A DNA stretch of 29,224 nucleotides, taken from the NCBI GenBank assembly GCA_039683575.1, contig JBDKRC010000026.1, positions 1 to 29,224 on the forward strand, given 5' to 3'. The translations under genes were made by a program, and so were the position numbers. Under the pieces are notes generated by a model that saw only the letters and a list, made by a program, of their open reading frames with translations, searched no databases and was not told the origin of the DNA. The stretch comes from Armatimonadia bacterium (lineage in GTDB: Bacteria; Armatimonadota; Zipacnadia; Zipacnadales; UBA11051). The first letter of the stretch is position 1; each line of letters starts with the position of its first letter. Below, piece by piece: positions 1-9,212 of the stretch.

Positions 1-2
1 GG

Positions 3-1583
3 CGGGCTACCGACGGTGAGAAGATACTGACGCTGGACCGGCAGTGGCGGACGCTGACCCATGAGGACCTGCTAATCACCGATCCGGCGGGGCCGGCGGC
101 TCTGGCCGGGGTCATGGGCGGGGCGGACACTGAGATCAATGAGAAGTCCACGACGGTGCTGCTGGAGAGCGCCCGTTTCGATCCGACGACGATCCGCAAA
201 ACCGCGATGCGGCTGGGGCTTAACAGCGAGGCCAGCCACCGCTTCGAACGGCATGTGGACCCGAACGGGACGCTGCGGGCGCTGGCACGGGTGGCGCAGT
301 TGATCCAGCAGACGGCGGGCGGCAGTATCATCGGCAGCGCGGTTGAGGCCAAAGCCGAGGACTTCGCGCCGCGGAAGATCAGCCTGCGCCCCGAGCGCTG
401 CAACCAGATACTCGGAACCAACCTGACGCCGGCGGAGATGGAGCGCTGCCTGACCTCGATCGACTTCGAGGTCCGGCAGGAGTTCGAAGCGTTGCAGGTT
501 GACGTGCCGCGGCTGCGGTGGGACATCGAGCGCGAGATCGACCTGATTGAGGAGGTCGCCATCGTCTACGGCTATGAGAACCTGCCGATGACGGTGCCGG
601 GGAAGCTGTCGCAAAGCGGGCTGCTCACGCGGCGGCAGAAGCTCTCGCGGCAGGTGGGGGAGATCCTGCGGCAGTGCGGGCTCAATGAGACCTTGAGCTT
701 CTCGGTCTCCTGCCCGCTGGACCTGGACCGGCTGTGCCTCGCACCGCAGGCGCGGGAGCGGACGATGCTGCCGCTGGCGAACCCGATGATTGATACGCAG
801 TCACACATGCGGACGACGCTCTTGCCCGCGATGCTGGAGGCGGCGGAGAACAATGTGCGCCAGCGGGTCATGGAAGTGGCGCTGTACGAGATCAACAAGG
901 TGTTCCTGCCGACCGAGGGCGAGCCGCTACCCGAAGAGCCGGTGCGGGTGGCGGGCATCATCATGGGCTCGATGATGACCTCGGACTGGAATCTCCCCGC
1001 GGAGAGCCGCGAGCCGGACTTCTACGTGGTCAAGGGCATTGTCGAGCAGGTCTGCCAGAGCCTGGGGATTGAAGACGTGTCGTTTGAGCGCGCCCAGCAC
1101 CCAACGTTCCACGCCGGGCGATGTGCCAGTCTCAAGGTTGCCGGGCAGGTGGCCGGGATCTTCGGCGAGGTCGCCCCTGAAGTGCAGCGGGCCTATGACC
1201 TGCCGGATAAGGCCTATGCCTTCGAGCTTGAGCTTGAGCAGCTCTTGCAGGCGGCGTGTGCGTTCAAGCAGTACGAGCCGCTGCCGCGCTTCCCGTCCAT
1301 GCGGCGGGACCTGGCGCTGGTGACCCCGGATGACGACGCTCATGCGGCCGGGCGGCTGGTTGAGATCATCACCGAGGCGGGCGGGGCTTTCCTGCGCGAG
1401 GTTGAGCCGTTTGACCTGTTCGTGGATGTGCAGCGGCTTGGCGAGGGCCTCAAGAACCTGGCGTTCCGTCTGGAGTTCAGGGCTGACGACAAGACGCTGA
1501 CTGATGAGGAGGTTGAGGCGGCAATGGCCGGCATCCGGGAGGCTCTGGCGAGGGAGACGGCGGCCAAGGTGAGGGATTACTAG
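3..1583 (+). CDS. pheT: Phenylalanine--tRNA ligase beta subunit, 5'-truncated by the window edge
   Basis: Frame is open from nt 3 (RATDGEKILTLD...ALAGVMGG). Motifs: VLLESARFDP, SEASHRFER, VPRLRWDIEREIDLIEEVA (B5), LANPM...MRTTLLP, and C-terminal FDX-ACB domain RFPSMRRDLALV...KTLTDEEV. Confidence 0.97.
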   Translation, partial: RATDGEKILTLDRQWRTLTHEDLLITDPAGPAALAGVMGGADTEINEKSTTVLLESARFDPTTIRKTAMRLGLNSEASHRFERHVDPNGTLRALARVAQLIQQTAGGSIIGSAVEAKAEDFAPRKISLRPERCNQILGTNLTPAEMERCLTSIDFEVRQEFEALQVDVPRLRWDIEREIDLIEEVAIVYGYENLPMTVPGKLSQSGLLTRRQKLSRQVGEILRQCGLNETLSFSVSCPLDLDRLCLAPQARERTMLPLANPMIDTQSHMRTTLLPAMLEAAENNVRQRVMEVALYEINKVFLPTEGEPLPEEPVRVAGIIMGSMMTSDWNLPAESREPDFYVVKGIVEQVCQSLGIEDVSFERAQHPTFHAGRCASLKVAGQVAGIFGEVAPEVQRAYDLPDKAYAFELELEQLLQAACAFKQYEPLPRFPSMRRDLALVTPDDDAHAAGRLVEIITEAGGAFLREVEPFDLFVDVQRLGEGLKNLAFRLEFRADDKTLTDEEVEAAMAGIREALARETAAKVRDY

Positions 1584-1586
1584 GCC

Positions 1587-1611
1587 GGTCAGGGTCAGTG
1601 ACCCCTCCCAC
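1587..1611 (-). repeat. REP-like palindrome (GTGG-type)
   Basis: Minus strand reads GTGG-GAGGGGTCACTGACCCTGACC, a GTRG tetramer followed by a GGGTCA/TGACCC palindrome, just after the pheT stop. Confidence 0.45.
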
Positions 1612-1632
1612 GGCATATGAGGTTGCCTTTCC

Positions 1633-1660
1633 ACCAGCCCGGCTTCGGCCGGGCTGGTTT
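1633..1660 (+). terminator. Probable intrinsic terminator of pheT
   Basis: 11-bp stem ACCAGCCCGGC / GCCGGGCTGGT with a TTCG tetraloop and a short T run. Confidence 0.65.
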
Positions 1661-1798
1661 GGTGTTGGACGTATCGCGGGCTGTTCTTGCGGCACCTTTG
1701 AAGTCGCGTCTCTATACTAACGGTAGCCTCAAGAAGAACGACGCACGAGGCATGGCCGGCCTGGCCTGTGGATTACTGGGACATGGAGGGATGCCCAC

Positions 1799-3214
1799 GT
1801 GCGTAAATGCGCCGTCCCCTATCTCCTGGCGGTGGCCGTTCTCGTAGCGATGATTGCCGGTTGCGGCGGGAACTCGCCAAGTGCGCCTACTGCCACGCGG
1901 TCCATGCAGACCAGGTCTGTCGGCGGCGTCGACTACCTGGCTATCCTGGACTACTACAAGAACCCGGTCATCCCCGTCAGCTCGAAAGCCTTCAGCCCCT
2001 TTGTACTGGCCCATGACGGGCAGTATTACATGTGGACCAATGGCGTGTGGGGAGGAGCCTACATGGCCACCTCGCCCGACGGGATTCAGTGGTCCCCTCT
2101 CACCCCCTGCACCGGACTCGCCACCTACACCAAGCGCCCCACCGTGCTCTACAACGACCAGTTGGGCAAGTTTGAGGTGTGGTACTGGAACAATGGCAAC
2201 ATGTACCACATGTCCGGCTACGAGCACGCGGTGTCCACTGACGGTGTGAACTGGACCAACCGCGTCGCCTGCGGCCAGTACGCCGCGCCACATCGCCCGC
2301 TCTACACGCTATGGGGCAGCGGCATCGGCACCTATGGCCCGTCGCAGGTCTTCTTCAACCCCTCCGCTACGCTCACCACTCCAGATTACGCCAATCCGTG
2401 GAACAACCGCTATGTGATGTACTACGATGCGCTGCGGCCCGACAACACGGAAGCGCTGGCGATGGCCGTCTCTCCTGACGGTATCACGTGGGGCGTGGCC
2501 ACCGAAGGCGGCTGCGTCTTGCCTCCGGGGCCGTCTGGCACCTGGGACTGCAAGTCCACCGGCTTCGCGTCAATCTTCCGCGAGGCCGGGGAGTACCACA
2601 TGTACTATGGTGGCGCCAACACCATGGCGGGCTCCGGGCAGGGGATTGGCTATGCCACCTCGATCGACGGTTTGACCTGGACGAAGCACAGCGAGCCTCT
2701 GATACATGCGAATGACGGTATCTCGTGGCGGAAAGCTGTCGCGGGATCGCCATCGGTGGTCGTGATTGACGGGCGGCCGAGAGTGTACTTCTGTGGGCGC
2801 AATGACGGCAGTGTGGCGGGCATCGGCTTTGCGATGATCGACACGACTGCTCCGGTGATTACACTCCAGACCCCGGTGCCAGAGGTGCTGTGGGCCCCCA
2901 AGGAGGGCAACGTCACGGTGGCCTTTGCCGGGGCGTTCGCTGAGGATGAGTCGGGGCTGGGGACGGTGAGTCTGCAGATAGACGACGAGTATGGGGAGCT
3001 TACGCAGACGATTGACCTGCTGCCGTCCCTCGACAGCGCGGGGCAGTTCCAGATCTCGGTACCGCTGACTGCGGCGTGCCTGGGAGGCGATCGGGACGGG
3101 CGACTGTACACCATCACCGCTACGGCTGTAGACAAGGCGGGGAATGCTGGGACGCCGGTGGTAGTGACGGCGGTGGCGCCGCACAACTCAACGGGCAAGC
3201 CGCCGAAGAAGTAG
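1799..3214 (+). CDS. Lipoprotein with a 5-bladed beta-propeller glycosidase-like domain (GH32/43/130-like fold) and a C-terminal Ig-like domain
   Basis: GGAGG upstream of the GTG start. Lipobox MIAG-C. Four repeats of (M/H/Y)A.S.DG..W (ATSPDGIQW, AVSTDGVNW, AVSPDGITW, ATSIDGLTW), also YHMYYGG. C-terminal DTTAPVI...GRLYTITATAVDKAGN. Confidence 0.75.
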   Translation: MRKCAVPYLLAVAVLVAMIAGCGGNSPSAPTATRSMQTRSVGGVDYLAILDYYKNPVIPVSSKAFSPFVLAHDGQYYMWTNGVWGGAYMATSPDGIQWSPLTPCTGLATYTKRPTVLYNDQLGKFEVWYWNNGNMYHMSGYEHAVSTDGVNWTNRVACGQYAAPHRPLYTLWGSGIGTYGPSQVFFNPSATLTTPDYANPWNNRYVMYYDALRPDNTEALAMAVSPDGITWGVATEGGCVLPPGPSGTWDCKSTGFASIFREAGEYHMYYGGANTMAGSGQGIGYATSIDGLTWTKHSEPLIHANDGISWRKAVAGSPSVVVIDGRPRVYFCGRNDGSVAGIGFAMIDTTAPVITLQTPVPEVLWAPKEGNVTVAFAGAFAEDESGLGTVSLQIDDEYGELTQTIDLLPSLDSAGQFQISVPLTAACLGGDRDGRLYTITATAVDKAGNAGTPVVVTAVAPHNSTGKPPKK

Positions 3215-3244
3215 TAGCGACGGCGGAAGTCACAGGCACAACGA

Positions 3245-3279
3245 AGAGCCCCCGCGGACATTGCGGGGGCTCTCTTTTT
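3245..3279 (+). terminator. Intrinsic terminator between convergent genes
   Basis: AGAGCCCCCGC (3245-3255) / GCGGGGGCTCT (3263-3273), followed by CTTTTT. Confidence 0.8.
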
Positions 3280-4111
3280 ACATGTTGATGAGCACGACAG
3301 CCACGAGGGCGATGGCGATTCCGACCTGCCCCAGCCGGCCGGGCGTTTCGCGCCATAGCCAGGCTGCTACGCCGGTGGTGAGGGCGAGGCCCATGGCGGC
3401 GAATACCGGAAAGACGATCGTGCCGGAGAGGGTGTCCAGGGCCATGAGCACGGCGTAGCTGGTGACGAGGTTGATGACACCCAGCGGTATGCCGGTCATG
3501 GCCTCGCGCCAGGTGCAGCGCCGGCTCCAGCCTATCCAGGCTACCAGGGACACGATAGCCGCGGCACCGAAGAGGATCGCGAAGTAAATGGGCCGCTCGG
3601 CGCTCAGGCCGGTGGTGTGAAACCACTTGGAGGTCAGCAGGCACGAGCCGTTGGTCACAAACAGGCCGAGGAGAAACCATACCTGGCGCGGTGTCAGGTG
3701 CGTTCCGCCCTGCCCGCGGTCGAGACTGAGGAAGGGCATGGCCATCAGTGCCAGCGCGCCGCCCATGGCCTCGAACAGGTGCGGCTTCTCGCCGAAAATC
3801 AGCACCGTGGCCAGCACCGGAATGAGGACCGACAGGCGCGTGATCGCGTTCGCAACGGCCACGCCCTTGAGGTCCATGCCATGGATCAGGAAGAAGTAAG
3901 TGATCACAAATACGGTCCCGGCGACGAGACCGATGTGGAGGGTCGGGGGCGAGACGTGGGTGTGCCCGCCGGCAAACGCCAGCGCGGCGAGTGAGGCCGC
4001 AGCGTAGTTGAGCCCCATGACCGCAAACTGGTCCTGGCCGCTGCGCTGTGAGGCGCGGATGATGAGGCTGAAGCTGGTGGTGCAGATGATCGCGATGATG
4101 AGGGCAAGCAT
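3278..4111 (-). CDS. DMT/EamA-family transporter
   Basis: 277 aa from ATG 4111 (MLALIIAIICTT), about 10 hydrophobic segments, two EamA-like halves ending LIFGEKP and WLWRETP. Confidence 0.85.
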   Translation of the reverse strand: MLALIIAIICTTSFSLIIRASQRSGQDQFAVMGLNYAAASLAALAFAGGHTHVSPPTLHIGLVAGTVFVITYFFLIHGMDLKGVAVANAITRLSVLIPVLATVLIFGEKPHLFEAMGGALALMAMPFLSLDRGQGGTHLTPRQVWFLLGLFVTNGSCLLTSKWFHTTGLSAERPIYFAILFGAAAIVSLVAWIGWSRRCTWREAMTGIPLGVINLVTSYAVLMALDTLSGTIVFPVFAAMGLALTTGVAAWLWRETPGRLGQVGIAIALVAVVLINM

Positions 4112-4166
4112 GCAGAGCACAACAAGCCGGTGACGGCCGGCCTTTCGTGGGGTTCCCGAGGCGCAC

Positions 4167-4175
4167 ACTATAGCA
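4167..4175 (-). promoter_or_regulatory. Candidate extended -10 promoter of the EamA gene
   Basis: Minus strand TG-C-TATAGT about 55 nt upstream of the ATG. No good -35 seen. Confidence 0.45.
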
Positions 4176-4221
4176 CATCGGGCGGATAGCATGCCACAGG
4201 AGCCGAGCCCTCATGAGGGGG

Positions 4222-4264
4222 CAAAATGAAACGGGCGGAGCCTGCGCAGGGCCCCGCCCGTTTC
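4222..4264 (-). terminator. Intrinsic terminator of the 4291-6090 gene
   Basis: Minus strand GAAACGGGCGGGGCC...GGCTCCGCCCGTTTC followed by ATTTTG. Confidence 0.75.
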
Positions 4265-4290
4265 GCCTCGCCCCTCGGCAAGGCTATGGG

Positions 4291-6090
4291 TCAACGCGCG
4301 GCGTCAGGTTCCGGACCTGATAGCGGGAGGTAGATGACCTCCTCACGCAGGTTCGGGCGGCTCACACGTACTGCCAACGTATCTCCGCGCATGTTTGCGG
4401 GCTCGAAACGGATCATGTACTCGCCCGGAGCATGCTTTTGGAGGGTTAGCGTGCGGCCGGCATCAACGTCGCCGCGCTGGTACAGGTATGCACCTACAAT
4501 TTGCGCTTGCGGGTCAGGCTTGCCATCAGGCAGCAGCACATGCACGTGCAACTGCTGTGGGCCACGCTGGCGGTCGCCGCTCACGCCGAGAAAGACGTTG
4601 CCGCCGGGGATCTGGCGCCGGGCGATCGGGTAGATCGCGCCGGGCACCATCTGCGGCAAGTCCCACATCCAGCCGTACTGGCCGGTGCGGGGGTCTGGAC
4701 ACTGGACGGGGGCTTCAGTCTCGAAGCCGGTCCCAACCTCGTTGTTGGTCACAACCGCGTACCCGGTGCGAGCGCTGGAGCCTGTGGCGTTCTTGGCGCC
4801 AGCGCCGGTCCCGGCTGCCCTGACGGCGTTAGTGGCCGAGGTGGCGTTGCCGAAGCCGGCGGGGGTGCCCACATTGGGGCCGGTTGCCATACCCATGCCG
4901 CTGGTTCCGGTAGCCGTCGTCCCAGTGGCACTGCTTGTGTCGAGACTGCTGCCAAACCCCGTGGGTATGACGACATCATTGCTGGAGGTCGTGCCCGTGG
5001 TGGAGCCGGTGGCCGTCACGCCGAAACCTGTACCAGAAACGGCTCCCGCTCCCGTAGGCGCTGCGGTGCCGGTACCTGAGGTGCCGTCAACTGTTGTGCC
5101 AAAGCCGGTGGGGATCGTCACACCCGTGCCGAAGCCGGTGGTGGCACCAAAGCCGGTCGGGGTGCGTGGCGTCGTGCCCTGCGGGGCGCTCATCGTGGTG
5201 CCGCTCGTGGCGGTTCCCGGGGGGGGCAGATAAGCGCCGGGGCCAAGGCCGGTGGGGCCGGGGGCGCTGACGCCGGTGGTCCCGCCCACGCTCGCGGGTG
5301 TCTCAGGGTAGAGCGGCGTCTCGGGATATGACGCCGGAACGAGGGTGCCGCTACTTGAGCGGTTCCAACCATACTGGTACTGTCCGGGCCCAGGACACAG
5401 GCCAGCATTCATGCCGCGGAAGCGGAGTTGGTCCATGATGGTGCTGTTGCTCATCATGGCGGTACAGATTGGACACTCGCTGGCGGTCGCGACCGGCTGG
5501 ATGATGTCCTTGCTTCGGATCTCGCGAAGGTCCTGGTCAAAGACGGTCACCCGCCCGCCCCGCAGCAGGTACACGCCATACTGGTCGGCGGCGAGGGTCG
5601 CCTGGCTGAGAGTATTGAGTATGTGTGCCTGATGCAGGCCCTGCATCATGTTCTGGTCCACGCACTGCTGGACTCCGGTCTGAGTGTCCGTACTGGTGAC
5701 GGCGCTACCGCAGGTATTCATCCACCCGTCGCCATAAGTGGTAAGCGGGGCCTGGGGGCCATAGACATAGCCGAGTTCCGGCCCCTGCATCCCGCACGTG
5801 ATCTCAAAGCGCTTGTTCTCTACCGCTGCCACCGCCAGCGACAGGTCGGGAAGCTGGACGGAGGCCATTTCACGCATGTCAGGCCCAAGCTTGACCAGAG
5901 TATTGCCATGCAGGACGTAGAGGTTGCCGCCCGTCGCCGCGACGGAGGCTGCACCAAACAGGGAGACTTCCGGACTGCTGGCCAGGCTCGCCTCCCAGCA
6001 CGTGCCGGTGGCATATTGCTGCGGCGTCTGTGCGCCCGCTGCTACCACCAGGAACAGAGCCAGTACGACGCTGAGCACTGTGTGCCTCAT
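4291..6090 (-). CDS. Secreted hypothetical protein with a Thr/Gly-rich TGFG-repeat region and a C-terminal Ig-like (YtkA/FixH-like) domain
   Basis: GAGG RBS before ATG 6090. Signal peptide MRHTVLSVVLALFLVVAAGA-Q. Long T/G/A/P low-complexity centre. C-terminal LHVHVLLPDGKP...APGEY. Confidence 0.7.
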   Translation of the reverse strand: MRHTVLSVVLALFLVVAAGAQTPQQYATGTCWEASLASSPEVSLFGAASVAATGGNLYVLHGNTLVKLGPDMREMASVQLPDLSLAVAAVENKRFEITCGMQGPELGYVYGPQAPLTTYGDGWMNTCGSAVTSTDTQTGVQQCVDQNMMQGLHQAHILNTLSQATLAADQYGVYLLRGGRVTVFDQDLREIRSKDIIQPVATASECPICTAMMSNSTIMDQLRFRGMNAGLCPGPGQYQYGWNRSSSGTLVPASYPETPLYPETPASVGGTTGVSAPGPTGLGPGAYLPPPGTATSGTTMSAPQGTTPRTPTGFGATTGFGTGVTIPTGFGTTVDGTSGTGTAAPTGAGAVSGTGFGVTATGSTTGTTSSNDVVIPTGFGSSLDTSSATGTTATGTSGMGMATGPNVGTPAGFGNATSATNAVRAAGTGAGAKNATGSSARTGYAVVTNNEVGTGFETEAPVQCPDPRTGQYGWMWDLPQMVPGAIYPIARRQIPGGNVFLGVSGDRQRGPQQLHVHVLLPDGKPDPQAQIVGAYLYQRGDVDAGRTLTLQKHAPGEYMIRFEPANMRGDTLAVRVSRPNLREEVIYLPLSGPEPDAAR

Positions 6091-6296
6091 AGCATCAACC
6101 TCACTGGCAACCGCGAGGCAGCCGTAAACGCCCCGGGGCATAGCCTTCCTTGCCTGCACATATGGCGCAGGCTGGTGCCATTAGTCTAGGGCTGGAAGAT
6201 GATGAAGGGTATCAGGCCGGACCTGATCTTTGGGGGAGAGAAGCGCACAATGAAGTGGGGAAGATGGCGGTGTGCAGCGGAAGGCGAGGGCTCGTG

Positions 6297-7328
6297 CTAA
6301 GTGAAAGACCGAAGCGCCTCTCCGACCGCGGCCACGTTCGCTTCGGGGTACTCCGGACGGTGCCACCGCAGAGAGATGCCGATGAACCCGCCCTCGGGAG
6401 TGTGGAAGGTCTCGACGAGTTTGCGTGCCTCGGCAGCGCAGGCGGCGGGGCTGCCGCTGGCGAGCGTGGTCATCATGTCCACGGAGGCCTTGGCACAGAC
6501 CTTGCCCCGCAGCCTCTGGCCCCACTGCTCGATCCCGAGCAGGTTCGGCTGCATGATTTCCACCACATCCGGGCCAATTGCGACATAGTCATCCATGATT
6601 GCGACAATGTCGCCATCGAACAGGCACCCGCACAGCATCCCGTGGCTCTGGATATGCCGGAAGAGCTCGTCATAGAGGGGCAGAAAGTGCTGTCGCCAGA
6701 GCTTCGGCGAGAACATCAGGCCGTCGGTGCCCGCGAACTCGTCAATGATTGAGACCATCGGCACGCCGAGGGCCGCCCACCGGTCCACAATCCCCTTCTG
6801 GTACTCTACAATCCCCCGCATGATCTCCAGCACCTGTGGCAGGTCGTCATGCAGGCGCATCAGGAGGCCCTCGTAGCCCATCAGGTTGAAGGCCACGAGC
6901 AGCGGGCCGGGGTCCACGTAGCCGCAGACGAACTTGTCGGGGTAGTGCTGCCGGATGAGGCCTTGGGTGCGGTCGAAGAACGGGTCGCTGACGGTGGGAT
7001 CGGGGAAGCGGTAGCCGGAGAAGGCGCGGGGATCGACGAGGGGCTTCTCAATGACCTCATAGGCGGTGGAGAGGTCACTCGGGACGCGCTGGACGCAGCC
7101 CCATTCATCACGTCGCAGGCGCTCTCCGCGGTCGTTGGTGCCGAGTTCGTCGAAGGTCCAGTGGTAGGTGACGCGGATTCCGTCGTAGTCAGCCGCCCCC
7201 GGCCGCGCCGCCGCTGGATGGAGCGTGCCGTAGGCATCATAGAGATGCGGCACGTCGTGGATCTCCAGTGGCGGGCGGTCGGGAGAGTCGAAGCGGATGG
7301 CGCGGAGCATCCGGTCGCGAGGGGTCAT
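6297..7328 (-). CDS. Uroporphyrinogen decarboxylase (URO-D/MtaA-CmuA-like) superfamily protein; probably not a true HemE
   Basis: MTPRDRMLRAIRFDSPDRPP start, DEWG, LMGYEGLLM, MFSPKLWRQHFLP, GSP...GGFI. Confidence 0.85.
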   Translation of the reverse strand: MTPRDRMLRAIRFDSPDRPPLEIHDVPHLYDAYGTLHPAAARPGAADYDGIRVTYHWTFDELGTNDRGERLRRDEWGCVQRVPSDLSTAYEVIEKPLVDPRAFSGYRFPDPTVSDPFFDRTQGLIRQHYPDKFVCGYVDPGPLLVAFNLMGYEGLLMRLHDDLPQVLEIMRGIVEYQKGIVDRWAALGVPMVSIIDEFAGTDGLMFSPKLWRQHFLPLYDELFRHIQSHGMLCGCLFDGDIVAIMDDYVAIGPDVVEIMQPNLLGIEQWGQRLRGKVCAKASVDMMTTLASGSPAACAAEARKLVETFHTPEGGFIGISLRWHRPEYPEANVAAVGEALRSFT

Positions 7329-7333
7329 GAGGG

Positions 7334-7972
7334 CTACTCAGCCACCGTGGTGCCTGACTGGAAGTATGGCCGGGTGTTGAGCGCCCCATAGTACACTGTC
7401 CCATACTTGTACCATTTCGCATGACCGTCGGCCATCAGCATGTTGCCCCCATCGTTGTGGATCATCCCGCCATTATCGCTGCCCGTGTAGATGTAATGGT
7501 AGCGCGCATAAGTCCCGCGCTCGCCCAGCAAGCCCTTGCTGGCCGGCTGGACCACCGAGGAGTCTCGCACCGGATATTCCCAGGCGCCGAAGTAGTAGTT
7601 GTACGTGTACGAATGGGCGGGTGAATTGCCTGTGGTGTCTGAGGCGGAGGGGCAGACGTGCATTTGCCAGTTCTTGCAGTATGGTTCGAGGCGGTCTTCC
7701 CAACTGTAGAAGAAGCCGGCTCCGCCGACTGAGCCGTCGCTCACATAGAAATGGCCAATAGGTAATGAGTTCGTCTGGAGTTGGGGGAAAGTGCCGTCGT
7801 AGTCGGTGGTGTACTGGAACATTGCCAGCCCCATCTGCTTGAGGTTGCTCAGACAGGAGGCTTGCCGGGCCTTCTCGCGGGCCTTGGCAAAGACGGGGAA
7901 CAGGATCGCCGCGAGTATGGCAATGATGGCGATCACGACGAGAAGCTCAATCAACGTAAAGCCCTTCTTCAT
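7334..7972 (-). CDS. Prepilin-type N-terminal cleavage/methylation protein, DUF1559 / H-X9-DG family
   Basis: [68 protein letters not shown]. Confidence 0.95.
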   Translation of the reverse strand: MKKGFTLIELLVVIAIIAILAAILFPVFAKAREKARQASCLSNLKQMGLAMFQYTTDYDGTFPQLQTNSLPIGHFYVSDGSVGGAGFFYSWEDRLEPYCKNWQMHVCPSASDTTGNSPAHSYTYNYYFGAWEYPVRDSSVVQPASKGLLGERGTYARYHYIYTGSDNGGMIHNDGGNMLMADGHAKWYKYGTVYYGALNTRPYFQSGTTVAE

Positions 7973-8077
7973 TGAGAGACCACCCTTCGTAGAGTACTGC
8001 CGAGCGACGTCACCAGCTTTCGTGTGCAACGTGAGGGACACAGTCGATCTGTGCTACTTATTCTGTATTAGCCGGTT

Positions 8078-9004
8078 TCACTCCTGCTCCAGCAGCCACT
8101 GCACATGCTCGTAGAGGCCCTTGCGGAGCGGGGTGTTGGGGACCTGCAGGCCATCCAACCGCAGTGGCGCGAGGTCGTAGGTGCGGTGGCACAGGAAGCT
8201 CTTCCACTCGGGATGCTCGGCGAGCGACTGGTCCACCGGCAGTTCCTCAAACCGCACCGGCACGCCCAGCGCCTCGGCGATGATCTCGTAGTATTCGTAC
8301 GAGCAGACGATGTCGGGGCCGACGGACATGTAGATCCGCTTGTGGGTCAGCGGGTTGTCGAGCACGCTTAGGATCAGACGGCCCAGATCCTTGACCTCGA
8401 TGGGCTGCTGCAGGAAGTGGCCGCCGCCGACGAGGCGCACGGGCTCACCCGCCTGCAGCTTGGCGATGAGCTGTGGGTCGCGCGCCGCCTCGGGCAGGCA
8501 GCCGAGTTGTGAGGGCCCGCCGTAGATATGGCAGGGGCGGAAGATCGTCCACTGCATGTCACTCGTGTCGCCATTGATGAACTCAAGCTCGCAGCGGCGC
8601 TTCTTGGCACCATAGCTGTCATCGTGCAGGAAGTACGGGTTCTCCATCGGCTGCGGGTGGCGGCGCTTTTGGGGGTCGAAGACGAAGTCGGTGGAGATGA
8701 AGACAAACTGCCGGGCGCGGTTGCGGAAGACCTCGACATCCTGTCGGGCGTCCTCGGCCTCGTAGCCGATGCAGTCCACGACGAGGTCCCAGGTCTCGCC
8801 GGGTGGGAGGGCGGTTTGCAGGGCCGCGGTGTCCTTGCGGTCGGCGGTGAGGCCGCGCACGCCGTCCGGCAGTGGCTTCTGGCCGCGTGTCACGACCGTG
8901 ACGTCATGGCCATCAGCCACGGCGAGGCGGGCGAGGTTGCCGCTGACGTGGCCGCTGCCGCCGATGATGAGGATTCTGCGTTGGGAGTTGGCTAGATCGG
9001 GCAT
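8078..9004 (-). CDS. NAD-dependent epimerase/dehydratase (extended SDR)
   Basis: ILIIGGSGHVS Rossmann motif, FVFIST, YGAKK (YxxxK), FRPCHIYGG. The ORF extension upstream of 9004 runs through repeat DNA. Confidence 0.9.
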   Translation of the reverse strand: MPDLANSQRRILIIGGSGHVSGNLARLAVADGHDVTVVTRGQKPLPDGVRGLTADRKDTAALQTALPPGETWDLVVDCIGYEAEDARQDVEVFRNRARQFVFISTDFVFDPQKRRHPQPMENPYFLHDDSYGAKKRRCELEFINGDTSDMQWTIFRPCHIYGGPSQLGCLPEAARDPQLIAKLQAGEPVRLVGGGHFLQQPIEVKDLGRLILSVLDNPLTHKRIYMSVGPDIVCSYEYYEIIAEALGVPVRFEELPVDQSLAEHPEWKSFLCHRTYDLAPLRLDGLQVPNTPLRKGLYEHVQWLLEQE

Positions 9005-9063
9005 GGGGGCACCGTTATCCTTTGGGCTGAGGTAATCATGAAGCGTCTCGGGTTGCGTCTCCC

Positions 9064-9202
9064 GCCCGGCTGGAAGCCGGGCTCCATCGGCGCTACCCTC
9101 GCGCGGCGACCGCAGCGGTCGCAGGGAAGCCGCTCGTACGACGTATGCGGTGTGCCTGGTGCGCCACCCTCGCGGCTGGAAGCCGCTCGTACGACGTACG
9201 AG
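9064..9202 (-). repeat. Cluster of REP-like palindromes with a 21-bp direct repeat
   Basis: GCCCGGC-TGGAA-GCCGGGC at 9064-9082. GGAAGCCGCTCGTACGACGTA at 9125-9145 and 9178-9198. CTCGTACG-A-CGTACGAG at 9186-9202. Confidence 0.75.
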
Positions 9203-9212
9203 GCACATCGGC

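Noticed and set aside
1600-1700. c-di-GMP-I riboswitch on the minus strand (GGAAAGGCAAC)
   Set aside because: No GNRA-capped P2 or following GCAAA element; the hairpin is explained as the pheT terminator.
3212-3217. Stop-codon read-through or recoding at stacked stops (TAG TAG here; TAG TGA TAG at 24719-24727)
   Set aside because: Both proteins appear complete at the first stop, and stacked stops argue against read-through.
9005-9208. N-terminal extensions in the ORF track (epimerase; also M55 copy 2 from 23750)
   Set aside because: They translate palindromic repeat DNA; family homology starts at the downstream ATGs.
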